From positions 42,649 to 106,648 of the IMG/VR virus record IMGVR_UViG_3300023174_000094: a stretch of DNA of 64,000 nt. One strand, written 5' to 3'. The notes below the pieces were generated by a model, which saw only the letters and a program-made list of their open reading frames with translations, searched no databases and had not been told where the DNA came from. A program made the translations under genes and the position numbers. This document shows, one piece after another, positions 41,641-51,572 of this stretch; position 1 is the first letter of the stretch; each line of letters opens with the position of its first letter. This DNA is from a virus.

Positions 41641-42129
41641 ATGGGACTAGACAATATACCTAAAGAATATCCATGTATTGATGTTGCAATTAAGGATCAA
41701 GATGGTCGTATTGATTGCATTGAAACACAAGTTTGTGGTAAATGTACATGGAAGAATGAATATGAATCTAATCCAATGGTTAAAGATTCAGTTCCAACAA
41801 CAGGAATTATGGGAACTGATTGTTGGTATAGAGGAAAATATGGGAATGGACTAATATCTATGCTTGACGGTGTAGATGATATGTGGCATGAATCTTCGCT
41901 TGGCATTTCATTTTATGGAAAAGGTTTTGCTAATGGTGAGGAAGGTATTAGCTCAGATGAATGTATTTCTATGGCTAATATAATGAAAAATAACACAGAA
42001 AAGTTTGCATTTAATGCTAAGCAATTACATCCAGATAATTATGAAGAGTTAATTAAGGATTGGATGTACGCAACTTGGTGGTTAGAGTTCGCAGGTGAGT
42101 TTTGTGATGGTTCAGCAATTTGGTATTAA
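41641..42129 (+). CDS. Hypothetical protein
   Basis: MGLD start and CWYRGK motif. Confidence 0.65.
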   Translation: MGLDNIPKEYPCIDVAIKDQDGRIDCIETQVCGKCTWKNEYESNPMVKDSVPTTGIMGTDCWYRGKYGNGLISMLDGVDDMWHESSLGISFYGKGFANGEEGISSDECISMANIMKNNTEKFAFNAKQLHPDNYEELIKDWMYATWWLEFAGEFCDGSAIWY

Positions 42130-42148
42130 TTAACAAAATAGGAGAATA

Positions 42149-42535
42149 ATGTTTAACGCAGATGATTTTGATAAGCTAGAAGATTCAATGGATACAATGC
42201 CTGATGGATTGCTAGATGCTAGTGATTATTATGAGGATATGGAGAAGGTAACTGACATCTTATCTGAAATTGATTATGACGATATGGTGTCTAGAATGCA
42301 TGGAATGATGAAATTAATGAATATTATTTACGGTGAAGATGGTGGTTTATCATCTGATCGGGTAAATGGTGTTGTTATTGCTTTGTCTTTTCATGCTGTA
42401 AATATTCTTAATTCATTGGAAGATGAAAGCCGAAAAGAGTATTTTGATTTCACTAAGAATGATGTTCTGAAACAAATTAAAGATGAAGTATCATCACTTC
42501 CATATTGGGATTTGGATGAAACAGATGGAGAATAG
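42149..42535 (+). CDS. Hypothetical acidic protein
   Basis: AGGAG RBS. Confidence 0.65.
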   Translation: MFNADDFDKLEDSMDTMPDGLLDASDYYEDMEKVTDILSEIDYDDMVSRMHGMMKLMNIIYGEDGGLSSDRVNGVVIALSFHAVNILNSLEDESRKEYFDFTKNDVLKQIKDEVSSLPYWDLDETDGE

Positions 42536-42809
42536 TTGGACAGAAAATGCGCTTTGCAAAGGAGTGCATCATATTCAATTCTTTTCTGAAGAGATTAGAG
42601 AAATTAAAAATGCAAAAATAATGTGTAGTCAATGTCAAGTAGCATCTAATTGCCTTGTGCAAGCAATAAAGAATCAAGAAATTTATGGTGTTTGGGGTGG
42701 TCTTTCACAAAGAGAACGCCGAAAATATCATCGTCTTTATAAAGAAGCTATTAACCTAGACATTGCAAAGGAGATTGTGATTAAACATGGTAACAAACTC
42801 ATTAGTTGA
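42525..42809 (+). CDS. whiB: WhiB-family transcription factor
   Basis: W...ALC, FF, AK.MC..C.V...C and YGVWGGLS.RER. Confidence 0.9.
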   Translation: MENSWTENALCKGVHHIQFFSEEIREIKNAKIMCSQCQVASNCLVQAIKNQEIYGVWGGLSQRERRKYHRLYKEAINLDIAKEIVIKHGNKLIS

Positions 42810-42966
42810 AAAATCATTTAGGTTGCGTGTTGTTAAAGATATTTATGTAAATCTTAGAGATATTGAAGAGGCAGAACAAATTGCGGATTTGATTGCATCT
42901 AGAGAATCACAAATAACAACATTTGGGAAAATGACTTCTGTTTATACAGAGGTATCGTCAGTTTAA
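42787..42966 (+). CDS. Hypothetical protein (59 aa)
   Basis: Read manually; AGGAG upstream. Confidence 0.45.
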   Translation: MVTNSLVEKSFRLRVVKDIYVNLRDIEEAEQIADLIASRESQITTFGKMTSVYTEVSSV

Positions 42967-43031
42967 TAGATTTGGGGTTAGGTTAGGCTGATCACTAACC
43001 TAACCCCATTAAGGAAAGATTGGAGAAATCT

Positions 43032-43409
43032 ATGAGTAATTATCCACCTGGGGTTACTGGCAATGAATATGAAATTGCTGGCGGTAACGAATTTGAAGAG
43101 CATTTTGATTGTAGTGCAACTACAGAGTATGTATTGCTTACACAAAGAGAAATCTATTATCTCAGTGATTATGCCTTGTCATTGTTTAATGAATTCAAAA
43201 GGGCTGGAAATATTAGTGAGTGGTGGATTGAGAATAAGCTAAAACCTTTGATGCGTGATTTGAATAGTTTCTACCATTCAGATAACACGGTTGAGAAAGA
43301 TTGTGATTTCTCTGGAGAAATATTAAAAGAAGAATTTAGAGGAACAGTTTACTTTGAATGTCCTAAATGTGAAAAGGGTTATGAAGAAGATGCGTATCAC
43401 GGTGAATAA
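43032..43409 (+). CDS. Hypothetical protein with C-terminal CxxC
   Basis: MSNYPPGVTG.E.EIAG start motif. Confidence 0.65.
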   Translation: MSNYPPGVTGNEYEIAGGNEFEEHFDCSATTEYVLLTQREIYYLSDYALSLFNEFKRAGNISEWWIENKLKPLMRDLNSFYHSDNTVEKDCDFSGEILKEEFRGTVYFECPKCEKGYEEDAYHGE

Positions 43410-43503
43410 TGCATACTCAAATTTGCAATATATTGGTTAAAAAATTGTTGGTGTTTCATTATATAAACGATTATCCGATGCTTTATATCGGGGAGGTAAA
43501 AGT

Positions 43504-44007
43504 ATGAGTATAACTGAAGAAATTAGTTTTAAAGGGATTAGGAATGCGAATTTTAATTGTGATTTTATTCCTGATGCGTTTATAACACAAGAAGGAAATT
43601 GTGGTGTAAATGTAAAAAACCATACAATGCGTTTTCATCCAAGCATTGAAGATGAATTAGGCGGACATATTTATAATTGGCTTCATTCTAGCTTTTGGAA
43701 TAAAGTTCAAGAAATTGGTTACGCTTGTGGTTACGATCATGTTCAGGCTTCAGGTAGAAGTGAAGGTTGGGCTTGCCCTGGTAATTTTTATACAGATGAT
43801 CAGTATGGTAAGCGATTCTATTATATTAAACCTCCAGCATTGAATGGTCAAACAGATATGCCTTTGAAAGACATTATCTTGATTGAAAGATTTAATTCAT
43901 TTTCATTCTATGTGAAGCAATTGCATAAGATGATCTTGATTGAAATGCAAAAAATAACAACACAAAAACAATTACAAGAACTAGTTAAGGAGATTGAAAG
44001 CCTATGA
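43504..44007 (+). CDS. Hypothetical protein
   Basis: GGAGG RBS; NVK and GRSEGW motifs. Confidence 0.65.
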   Translation: MSITEEISFKGIRNANFNCDFIPDAFITQEGNCGVNVKNHTMRFHPSIEDELGGHIYNWLHSSFWNKVQEIGYACGYDHVQASGRSEGWACPGNFYTDDQYGKRFYYIKPPALNGQTDMPLKDIILIERFNSFSFYVKQLHKMILIEMQKITTQKQLQELVKEIESL

Positions 44008-44396
44008 GTAAACAGTTGAGTTGCAAAGAGCGTATTGAAGAAGAATATCGTAGAGCTGATGATTACATTGAGCTTATGTTCAAGGTATTGGATAACTATG
44101 AGTTTGATGAAGACGATGAAGATGATAAGAAGCAATTGCAAGAAATTGAAGATGATGGCATTGATGAAGGAACAATTCATGAATACGCTGCAGGTACAAG
44201 TATGGAAAAACTTCTAACAATTGTATTGAGTGGTGGTGGTCCATCTTCACATATAGAAGCAATTATAGATGAAGATGGATATGTGAAATCAGCAACATAT
44301 CACTTTCTAGATTGGTTTGATGGTGCAACAAGAAAAATCTCTGAAGATTCAGCAATGTTTAGGTATGTTCAATGGGAAGCAGAAAGGTACATGTAA
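44004..44396 (+). CDS. Hypothetical acidic protein
   Basis: LS.GGPS and Y.FLDWFDGA motifs. Confidence 0.65.
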   Translation: MSKQLSCKERIEEEYRRADDYIELMFKVLDNYEFDEDDEDDKKQLQEIEDDGIDEGTIHEYAAGTSMEKLLTIVLSGGGPSSHIEAIIDEDGYVKSATYHFLDWFDGATRKISEDSAMFRYVQWEAERYM

Positions 44397-45055
44397 TGAC
44401 AATGGAATTTCTTGAAAAAACAGATGCAGCTGGAAATCAAATATACACAACTAAAACAGGAGAGAAAATAAATATGGAACCAGTAGAAACAAAGAATAAA
44501 GATGTCGTTGCAACAATGACATTCCCCGCAGAACAGTTAATTGAAATGTTTAAAGACTACACAATGACTGAGGACCAGGTTGAGGAATTGATTGGTAATT
44601 ACGATTATGATAGCGTAATTGAATCAGCAATTGACAATGTTGACTGGAACGATAAGGTTACAGATGTCCTTAGCGATATCATGGTAGAAGATTATTTGGA
44701 CATGGATACTATCAAAGACAATGTAACTGAAAGCCTTGATTATAGCGATATTGCTCGTGAAGTCAAAGATTATTTAGATGAACCTGATGCTATAGCATTA
44801 GCTGAAGAATTGCTTACATCTTTTAATTATGATAGTCCTTGCCATACTGGTAGTCTATATATCAAATCAGTAGAATCAATTATTGAAGGCTATATGAAGA
44901 AGCAAACAAATGCTATTCCTGAAGTAACAACTACTGAGGATAATCAAATTGTTCTTCGTTCGTTTACCATGAAAGAAATTATTGAAGTTCTAGATGGTCT
45001 TCAATATACTGAATACAATAAGAATCGTGTCCTTGCAAGATTAGCAGAAAAATAG
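44396..45055 (+). CDS. Highly acidic repeat-containing protein
   Basis: Asp/Glu-rich DYD/DWN/DYS repeats. Confidence 0.6.
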   Translation: MTMEFLEKTDAAGNQIYTTKTGEKINMEPVETKNKDVVATMTFPAEQLIEMFKDYTMTEDQVEELIGNYDYDSVIESAIDNVDWNDKVTDVLSDIMVEDYLDMDTIKDNVTESLDYSDIAREVKDYLDEPDAIALAEELLTSFNYDSPCHTGSLYIKSVESIIEGYMKKQTNAIPEVTTTEDNQIVLRSFTMKEIIEVLDGLQYTEYNKNRVLARLAEK

Positions 45056-45066
45056 AAAGGTTGAAA

Positions 45067-46701
45067 ATGTCAAAGTATATTAAAATTTCTAATCAATCGG
45101 AGAATGTTAGTCGGATAGCCCTGGAAAAACTAGGGCTATCTACTAAACGAAATGATCCAGATACGATTGGGCAATTTGGTTCAGGTATTAAATATGCTCC
45201 AATTGCAGCTTTGCGTATGGGATTGGATTGGATTTTTACTGGTCAAGATGATAAGGGTCAGTATATCCTTAAGTATAAGGTAGAGCAAGAAGATGGAGTT
45301 GACTGTATCGTTTACGATTACGGTGACTATAAGAAATCATCTTCGTTTACGGTTGATGCTGGTGTATTGAGTTGGGAAGATGAATTCCAAATTTATAGAG
45401 AAGCAATTGCGAATGCTATGGATGAAGCTAAAACTTCAGGAACGACATGGAGTCGTGAAATAGTTGATGCAAAAGATGTTGTTTCTAACTTGAATGAGTT
45501 TTCTGTTTATATTACTGCGTCACCAAGTATGATGGAAATTTATAACGATCACGATAAGTATTTTCTTGAGAATCGTAAAGCGTTATATACTAACGAACCG
45601 AATTATAATAAAATCAGCTTTTACAAGCCGTTTGATAAAAATACTCATGTTTATCATAAGCAAGTAATGGTTTATGAAAATGAAGAGTATACATCAATGT
45701 TTGATTATGAAGTTCAAAATATCAAACTAAATGAAATGCGTACAGTGTCAGATGAATGGACAATGAATTACAGAATTGCCCAGGCTATCTGTGAGTGTAA
45801 TGATATATCAATTGTAAAGATGATTATTCAGTTATCAAACTCTACTAAGAATTATGTTGAATTTGAATTTACTGGTTCAATGCATGATGTTGATAATGCT
45901 TGGCATGAGGCTTGGACAGAACTTTATGGTGAGAAATGCATTATGCTTACACCTGATCAATCTATAAATCAAGCGTATGTATCTTTCATTAAAGAAAAAG
46001 GTCTTGACTTTAAGATGATTAGCTCTAGCTTTTTCTTTTGGGTTTTGAAGAAGGCTGGAGTTCAAACAATTGACAGTATTGCTGGAGAAGCTATTAATTA
46101 TGATATTGATCATGATATTAGTAATTATCCAAAACTGATCAAGGCAATTGAAATTGCAGCAAGATTTGAACCAGGCTTATTGCAATTGGAAAAGCCAATT
46201 GCTTGCTTTATTCCTAAGCAAAAAGATCACTATCTCGGTGTTGTAATTAATCCAGATACAGATGACAAGCAAATTTTAATTGATAGAAATCATGCGCTTA
46301 ACGGTGAGCTAAATGAAATAGTTGCTACTGTTGTTCATGAATATGATCACTATGAAACTGGCTATTCAGATGGAGATGTGATTGGTAGAAAGTTTAGAGA
46401 TTTAGCTGATCGTAGGATTGGCAAATTGATGACTGAATTCTATAAGCCTTTGCTCGTAGAATTGGTTGATGAGAAGGTTATTCTTGATGTTAAGAATATC
46501 GCTGAGATTGGCGGTATTAATTACTCAATAGTAAGCGTCAATGAAATCAATTCTAAATTTATGACAATTGGTAATTGCGTATTCAAGGTTGTTATTGATG
46601 GAAATAATTATCAGGAGAATGGATGTGCTGAGGTGTCAGCATCTGGTAAAGTATTCACCATTGCATTGCCTGGAATTATAAGTATTGATAGATTGGATTA
46701 A
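45067..46701 (+). CDS. GHKL-type ATPase-like protein with C-terminal HExxH motif
   Basis: LG.STKR....IGQFGSG.K, REAIANA.DE and HEYDH. Confidence 0.65.
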   Translation: MSKYIKISNQSENVSRIALEKLGLSTKRNDPDTIGQFGSGIKYAPIAALRMGLDWIFTGQDDKGQYILKYKVEQEDGVDCIVYDYGDYKKSSSFTVDAGVLSWEDEFQIYREAIANAMDEAKTSGTTWSREIVDAKDVVSNLNEFSVYITASPSMMEIYNDHDKYFLENRKALYTNEPNYNKISFYKPFDKNTHVYHKQVMVYENEEYTSMFDYEVQNIKLNEMRTVSDEWTMNYRIAQAICECNDISIVKMIIQLSNSTKNYVEFEFTGSMHDVDNAWHEAWTELYGEKCIMLTPDQSINQAYVSFIKEKGLDFKMISSSFFFWVLKKAGVQTIDSIAGEAINYDIDHDISNYPKLIKAIEIAARFEPGLLQLEKPIACFIPKQKDHYLGVVINPDTDDKQILIDRNHALNGELNEIVATVVHEYDHYETGYSDGDVIGRKFRDLADRRIGKLMTEFYKPLLVELVDEKVILDVKNIAEIGGINYSIVSVNEINSKFMTIGNCVFKVVIDGNNYQENGCAEVSASGKVFTIALPGIISIDRLD

Positions 46702-46842
46702 TCATGTTGTATAGATTTTTTGGGTGGTGTGCAATTGGATTTGCATGCCTTCTCGTATTCATGATTGTATTGCCAGTTGCGGTAATCATATTGCCAATGT
46801 TTTTATTGCTAATAATAGCCGTTATTATAGCCTGAGGAGATT

Positions 46843-47181
46843 ATGCCTAAATTTGGAGAATACTATATTGTTGAATTTAGAATACCAATTAAAGTTGATT
46901 CTGTGAATTCTGTTCAAGAAGCAGTTAGTAGAGCAGGACAAATATGTGAAAATCAATTTGGGTTTAAACCTAACAATTGGTATGCAAGAATATTTCAATA
47001 TGTAACTGGAGTAAGGGAAGTTGGTCATGTAAAAGAATTCTTTTACAACCCTAATTCATCTACATATCGTGAAATAACAAAGAATATATCTTATTTCAAT
47101 GAGCTTGTCCATAAAGGTTTGTCTCCAGATAGTGAAAAAAATAATAATGCAATTATGCAAGCGCTTATAGAGGAAAACTAG
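46843..47181 (+). CDS. Hypothetical protein
   Basis: GAGGAG RBS. Confidence 0.6.
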   Translation: MPKFGEYYIVEFRIPIKVDSVNSVQEAVSRAGQICENQFGFKPNNWYARIFQYVTGVREVGHVKEFFYNPNSSTYREITKNISYFNELVHKGLSPDSEKNNNAIMQALIEEN

Positions 47182-47182
47182 T

Positions 47183-47617
47183 ATGGGAAATAGGAAAGTA
47201 ATATGTGCTGGATGTAGTCAATTATATCCAGCGGAAACAACAGATTTTTATCGTAATAAAAGATGTTGTGGATTAGACAGTTGCCGTGAGGTAATTGATA
47301 ATAAAATCAAGCATTATAACTATCAAAAACAGCGTAGGAAATATGAGAATGGAACACATCGGAGAGGTGTTGAACCTTTTATTCGTAAATTGATTCTTGA
47401 TAGAGATCGGAATTCATGTCTGCTCTGTTTTAACAATACAGGTCGGTTAGAAGTTCATCATATTGTTCCAGTTTCAAAGCAGGGAACAGATGAAGCAACT
47501 AATTTGATTTCATTATGTCATAAGTGCCATACAACTGTTCACCAAGAAGGAGATGAAAAATATGTGGAAGAGTTCAAAGATTACACAACGCTTTGGGAAA
47601 AAGTCAGCGCAAGCTGA
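47183..47617 (+). CDS. HNH endonuclease
   Basis: RD..C..C...EVHHI.P...G.....NL..LC..CH. Confidence 0.85.
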   Translation: MGNRKVICAGCSQLYPAETTDFYRNKRCCGLDSCREVIDNKIKHYNYQKQRRKYENGTHRRGVEPFIRKLILDRDRNSCLLCFNNTGRLEVHHIVPVSKQGTDEATNLISLCHKCHTTVHQEGDEKYVEEFKDYTTLWEKVSAS

Positions 47618-47834
47618 ATATGAAGGATATGGATTAGAATACATCCAGCATTGGGTGAATGATTTGTCGTTTCAATTGGATAGATTCAGTAATGATTCAG
47701 ACTTCGTTATGGATTTACTTGAGTCTGCGGGAAAACATTTCACAATTTCGTTGTCTGAAGAAGAGAAAAGAGATGCTTTTCTGTATATACTTGGGGCATT
47801 AGCCAGAGAGAAGGCAACTAGTAATGATTTGTGA
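47553..47834 (+). CDS. Hypothetical protein
   Basis: ORF in the operon; start uncertain. Confidence 0.5.
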   Translation: MKNMWKSSKITQRFGKKSAQAEYEGYGLEYIQHWVNDLSFQLDRFSNDSDFVMDLLESAGKHFTISLSEEEKRDAFLYILGALAREKATSNDL

Positions 47835-47857
47835 TATAATATATCTAAGGATTTATC

Positions 47858-48220
47858 ATGAGCAATAACCACGCAAAAGATGACGAGTTGTTTACGGATT
47901 ACGCATTACAATTATTCTCTGCGTTTTTAGATGAAGATCAAAGTACAGTTGCTGAATTGATGAGTTCATACGAATTGGATAAGCAAGAACAATTATCGTT
48001 TTTGCCAGGAATACTATATGGTTGCATGATACACATGGGTTTATTTATGTCTACGATTGCAGATCAAAATGATATTTCTGTAAAAGAGGCTTTTAAGATG
48101 TATGCATTAAGTTATAATTCCGAAACAAGAATACACTTGCAAAATGTTGCTGGATTGCATCCAGCTTTTGCAGAACAAGTGTTACAGGAACAGGTTAGGA
48201 AACTAGATAAGAATTCCTAA
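47858..48220 (+). CDS. Hypothetical protein
   Basis: TGATATAAT promoter and AAGGA RBS upstream. Confidence 0.6.
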   Translation: MSNNHAKDDELFTDYALQLFSAFLDEDQSTVAELMSSYELDKQEQLSFLPGILYGCMIHMGLFMSTIADQNDISVKEAFKMYALSYNSETRIHLQNVAGLHPAFAEQVLQEQVRKLDKNS

Positions 48221-48394
48221 TCAACAATAGATAACTCGTCTATTTAGATAGATTTCTATATAAGCCTATACAAGGAGGTATTTTATAAAAAAATAAACTG
48301 TAAAGCAATGGTTTAATTTTGTAGGTTGCCGTTGTTTTGCATCTAAAGCTAAGCTAATGCGAATAAATCGCAAAACCTAAACTATGGAGGCAAA

Positions 48395-48931
48395 ATGAAG
48401 ACAAAAAGTTCTTTAATAAGTGTAATTATAAGTATATATATAGGAATTGTAGGCACAATAGCTTATGCTTCTAGTAATGATATGAATATTGTTAATGCAA
48501 ATTCGTATTCAGTTGCTATTGATATAGCTGAGATTAATACTCAGCCAATGGCTATTGATAAACCTGAGTGGTTAGATCATAGAGTTCCTGACGATAAGAG
48601 TAAGCGTTGTCCTCAGTTCAATTCTAAATTTAAACAATATGGATTGCCTGTACAAGTATTTTCATATATCGCTTGGAGAGAAAGTGGTTGTAATCCAAAA
48701 GCAATAAATGCAAAATTTGATTCAAATGGAAAGGTCATTTGGACATTAAATAAGAATGGATCAATTGATAGAGGTTTGTTACAAATCAATAGTGCATGGC
48801 AAACAGTAACTAAAAATGTTTGCGGTACGGATTTGAATGGTCTATTGGAATTAGATTGCAACTTAAGTGTTGCAAAATATATCATGGACAATTCAAAAGG
48901 TAAGCTATTGAATTGGAAAATATCTAACTAG
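48395..48931 (+). CDS. Secreted or membrane-anchored lytic transglycosylase (SLT-like)
   Basis: N-terminal hydrophobic signal; RES.CNP.A.N and DRGLLQIN motifs. Confidence 0.8.
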   Translation: MKTKSSLISVIISIYIGIVGTIAYASSNDMNIVNANSYSVAIDIAEINTQPMAIDKPEWLDHRVPDDKSKRCPQFNSKFKQYGLPVQVFSYIAWRESGCNPKAINAKFDSNGKVIWTLNKNGSIDRGLLQINSAWQTVTKNVCGTDLNGLLELDCNLSVAKYIMDNSKGKLLNWKISN

Positions 48932-48997
48932 CACCGCATACTCAATTTAGCTAATAGATTGAATAAAATAACGCTGGTGCTTTATTGAATAAAAGAT

Positions 48998-49091
48998 TTG
49001 GTATTAGAAACAGAATAGTAACTCTAGTGGGAACGGGGTTACTATTCTGGTATAACCTTTGTATAGGGTTGTATTCTAATACCAATTTTTT
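48998..49091 (+). ncRNA. Predicted three-way-junction structured RNA
   Basis: 12-bp closing stem, 12-14-bp and 8-bp inner stems, then a T-tract. Confidence 0.5.
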
Positions 49092-49245
49092 AATATCAGG
49101 AAATACTGTTCTTTTTGGTCATTGTAATAGTATGTATAATCCTCATATCTGATTATACTCTGGTATTAAAAGCAGGTTTGGTTAAAGCCTGGAAAAAACT
49201 ATTTGTCTGACATATGCAAAAGCCGAGTTTAACCAATATGTTTAT

Positions 49246-49318
49246 GTATCCGTAGCTCAATGGATAGAGCAAAACACTTCTAATGTTTAGGTTATAGGTT
49301 CAAATCCTATCGGATACG
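49246..49318 (+). tRNA. tRNA-Arg(UCU)
   Basis: GTATCCG/CGGATAC acceptor, D-arm, AAACA-CTTCTAA-TGTTT anticodon arm, ATAGG-TTCAAAT-CCTAT T-arm; no encoded CCA. Confidence 0.92.
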
Positions 49319-49320
49319 CT

Positions 49321-49455
49321 AAGAGTTAGGCTAAGCCCACCCTTTCGGGTTTAAGAGAAATATGCATTTGTTTATAGCTATGTTCTATAGAAAATGTTAA
49401 ATGTGAAGCATGTTGTTCATTAAGCTTTGCAAATGTTTCTTGCCTAACTCTTTTT
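49321..49455 (+). ncRNA. Predicted multi-stem structured RNA
   Basis: AAGAGTTAGGC/GCCTAACTCTT closing stem with internal hairpins and a T-tract. Confidence 0.45.
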
Positions 49456-49492
49456 GTCATATATAAGCACAAATATAAGGAGCATCATAAAG

Positions 49493-49879
49493 ATGAAATC
49501 AATATTAATAAAAGAAAATAGTGAAATAGAAATGCTTTATAATAATAAGAAAATGACACTTGAAGAACTGCAAAAACAAGTGGGTGGTTATATTGAATGG
49601 GTTACGATTGATGCTAAGAATAGCACTGGCTATTATGTTAACGAAGAGGGGAAATTTAATAAGGGAATGAATGAACTTGCTAGTAAATGGTGGTATTGGA
49701 ATATTCTTAAAGAAAGAGATACCCTGAAAGGCTTTAATGACTTTATTTCAGGTGATGTTATTTATATGAGAACAGATGATGAAGGAGAGCAATGTTCACT
49801 AACTGATGATGAAATTCTTGATTTTGAAGCATTTGTAACAGCATATAGAATCCTTACACAGAAAGATGAGAATAAATAA
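49493..49879 (+). CDS. DUF3846-like protein
   Basis: LEELQK.VGGYIE, VNEEGK, N.LAS and I.GD. Confidence 0.75.
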   Translation: MKSILIKENSEIEMLYNNKKMTLEELQKQVGGYIEWVTIDAKNSTGYYVNEEGKFNKGMNELASKWWYWNILKERDTLKGFNDFISGDVIYMRTDDEGEQCSLTDDEILDFEAFVTAYRILTQKDENK

Positions 49880-50116
49880 ATGACAGACATTAGTAATTAT
49901 GCAGCGTTATTTTATAGAAATGAAAAGATTGTTGGGGTTAGCACTTTTGACTCAACAAAAGATGAAGCAAGAAATTTAGTTAAGCTATTAGCAAATACTC
50001 ATGGTGATTTTCTGCCAAACGGTGGTGATTATGATGGGGTTAGTTTTATAAAAACAGATAGCATTGATTCAATATTGAACGGTGCAGTAAGCCAAATTGA
50101 AAGAAGAGGAAAATAA
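49880..50116 (+). CDS. Hypothetical protein
   Basis: Adjacent ORF in the block. Confidence 0.55.
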   Translation: MTDISNYAALFYRNEKIVGVSTFDSTKDEARNLVKLLANTHGDFLPNGGDYDGVSFIKTDSIDSILNGAVSQIERRGK

Positions 50117-50117
50117 A

Positions 50118-50564
50118 ATGCCATTGAATTACGATATATCAGATATTGCAATGTACAAAGATAACTATGATGAAGCGTACACAGAATACAAACAGTTTGG
50201 AGATACTTATAAGGATGTAAAACCATTCCTTAAAGGTTTGATTTTTAGTGGTGGTATGGTTGCGCTTGGATCAATTACTTATAAAAATGTAAGTGAATGG
50301 TATGCAAGATTGAAAATGTGCGAAGAAATGTATAACACATATCTTACAAGAGAACTCACAGAAGATGGAATGGATTATGTAGACAAGCCATTAGAGGCAA
50401 AAGAATTGATTAAATATATTGGTTTGAAAACAAATCATTCAACGGTTACAAGAGGTCAATGGGTTAAGAATGTAAAGCGTTATCAAAATGTAACACTTTC
50501 ACATTCACAAATTCAATATCGTTTGAAGAAGCTGGAAGAACAGTTTGAGAAAGAGGTAGCGTAA
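50118..50564 (+). CDS. Hypothetical protein
   Basis: M.LNYD start, IT.KN..E.Y.R and IGL.TN. Confidence 0.65.
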   Translation: MPLNYDISDIAMYKDNYDEAYTEYKQFGDTYKDVKPFLKGLIFSGGMVALGSITYKNVSEWYARLKMCEEMYNTYLTRELTEDGMDYVDKPLEAKELIKYIGLKTNHSTVTRGQWVKNVKRYQNVTLSHSQIQYRLKKLEEQFEKEVA

Positions 50565-50884
50565 TGACTATCAATCCAGGTCAAATAAATATGTATCCAA
50601 GAGTTTCAAATTGGTATGAAACTAATTTTATTGAATACCGAGAAAATTCGGTATTTGATAAATGGCATATTGAAGTTGCTTATTTTGAAGCAGATGCTGA
50701 ATATACATATGCTTCAGATAAGAAAATGATTATGGGTGGTGCATATCAAAGAGTTGAAATTACTGACAGACTAACTGGTAATTTTTGGGAAGATGCATTT
50801 CTTGGTGAAACAGCTGAAGCTGACGCTAATAGATGGGCTAATGATATCGTTACAAAAATTAAATATGGAAAGGTTAAGCTATGA
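50564..50884 (+). CDS. Hypothetical protein
   Basis: F.GETA..DA.RWA.D motif. Confidence 0.6.
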   Translation: MTINPGQINMYPRVSNWYETNFIEYRENSVFDKWHIEVAYFEADAEYTYASDKKMIMGGAYQRVEITDRLTGNFWEDAFLGETAEADANRWANDIVTKIKYGKVKL

Positions 50885-51267
50885 TACATACAAGTTTAAA
50901 AACTGATTATGATGTATTTAATTATGTTAAAGAACATCTTCTAAAACAAAATGAAAAATCAGTAGATCCTTGGTCATTACAATGCCAATATCTTTCACAA
51001 AAAGAAGACGGTAAAGTATTGATGTGTGCTATTGGTTGTCTGATAGATGACGAATGGTACTCGGAAAAGATTGAAAATCTTTCTGCAAGTAATGAAGATG
51101 TTAAAAGAGCTGTTGCGGGTTCAATTCCAAATTGGGAAGTAAATTCAAATATGTTGGGTGAATTACAACATATTCATGATGAATATGATCCTGATCAATG
51201 GAGTTTGAAATTAGAATACTTTGAAAGTTATTTCAACGAAAACAATGAATATATACAGGCAGGTTAA
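50881..51267 (+). CDS. Hypothetical protein (paralog of 54043)
   Basis: HLLKQ..KS, C.Y, CAIG.LI and LQ.IHD. Confidence 0.65.
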   Translation: MIHTSLKTDYDVFNYVKEHLLKQNEKSVDPWSLQCQYLSQKEDGKVLMCAIGCLIDDEWYSEKIENLSASNEDVKRAVAGSIPNWEVNSNMLGELQHIHDEYDPDQWSLKLEYFESYFNENNEYIQAG

Positions 51268-51269
51268 TT

Positions 51270-51572
51270 ATGTCGTTAATATATAATTACATTCTAGGTT
51301 ACGATACTAGTGACAATACTTGGTTTCATAATGTTGAAGCTGAATCTGATTTTATGGAAGGTAAAACAGTATTCAATTTTAAATATCAAGAGTATATAAC
51401 TGAATATCAAGGTGACGGTATCTTTTTAGAAGATTCTGACAGATTGATTGAATCATTCAATGAAGCTATTGAAACCTTGAATCAAAAAGAAGTAGAAGCA
51501 GTTGCAAAAAAACTTATTGCATTTCATGAAGCTGTTGAAAGGATAACTAATGAGCGCAATAACAATGTATGA
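51270..51572 (+). CDS. Hypothetical protein
   Basis: ORF in the block. Confidence 0.55.
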   Translation: MSLIYNYILGYDTSDNTWFHNVEAESDFMEGKTVFNFKYQEYITEYQGDGIFLEDSDRLIESFNEAIETLNQKEVEAVAKKLIAFHEAVERITNERNNNV

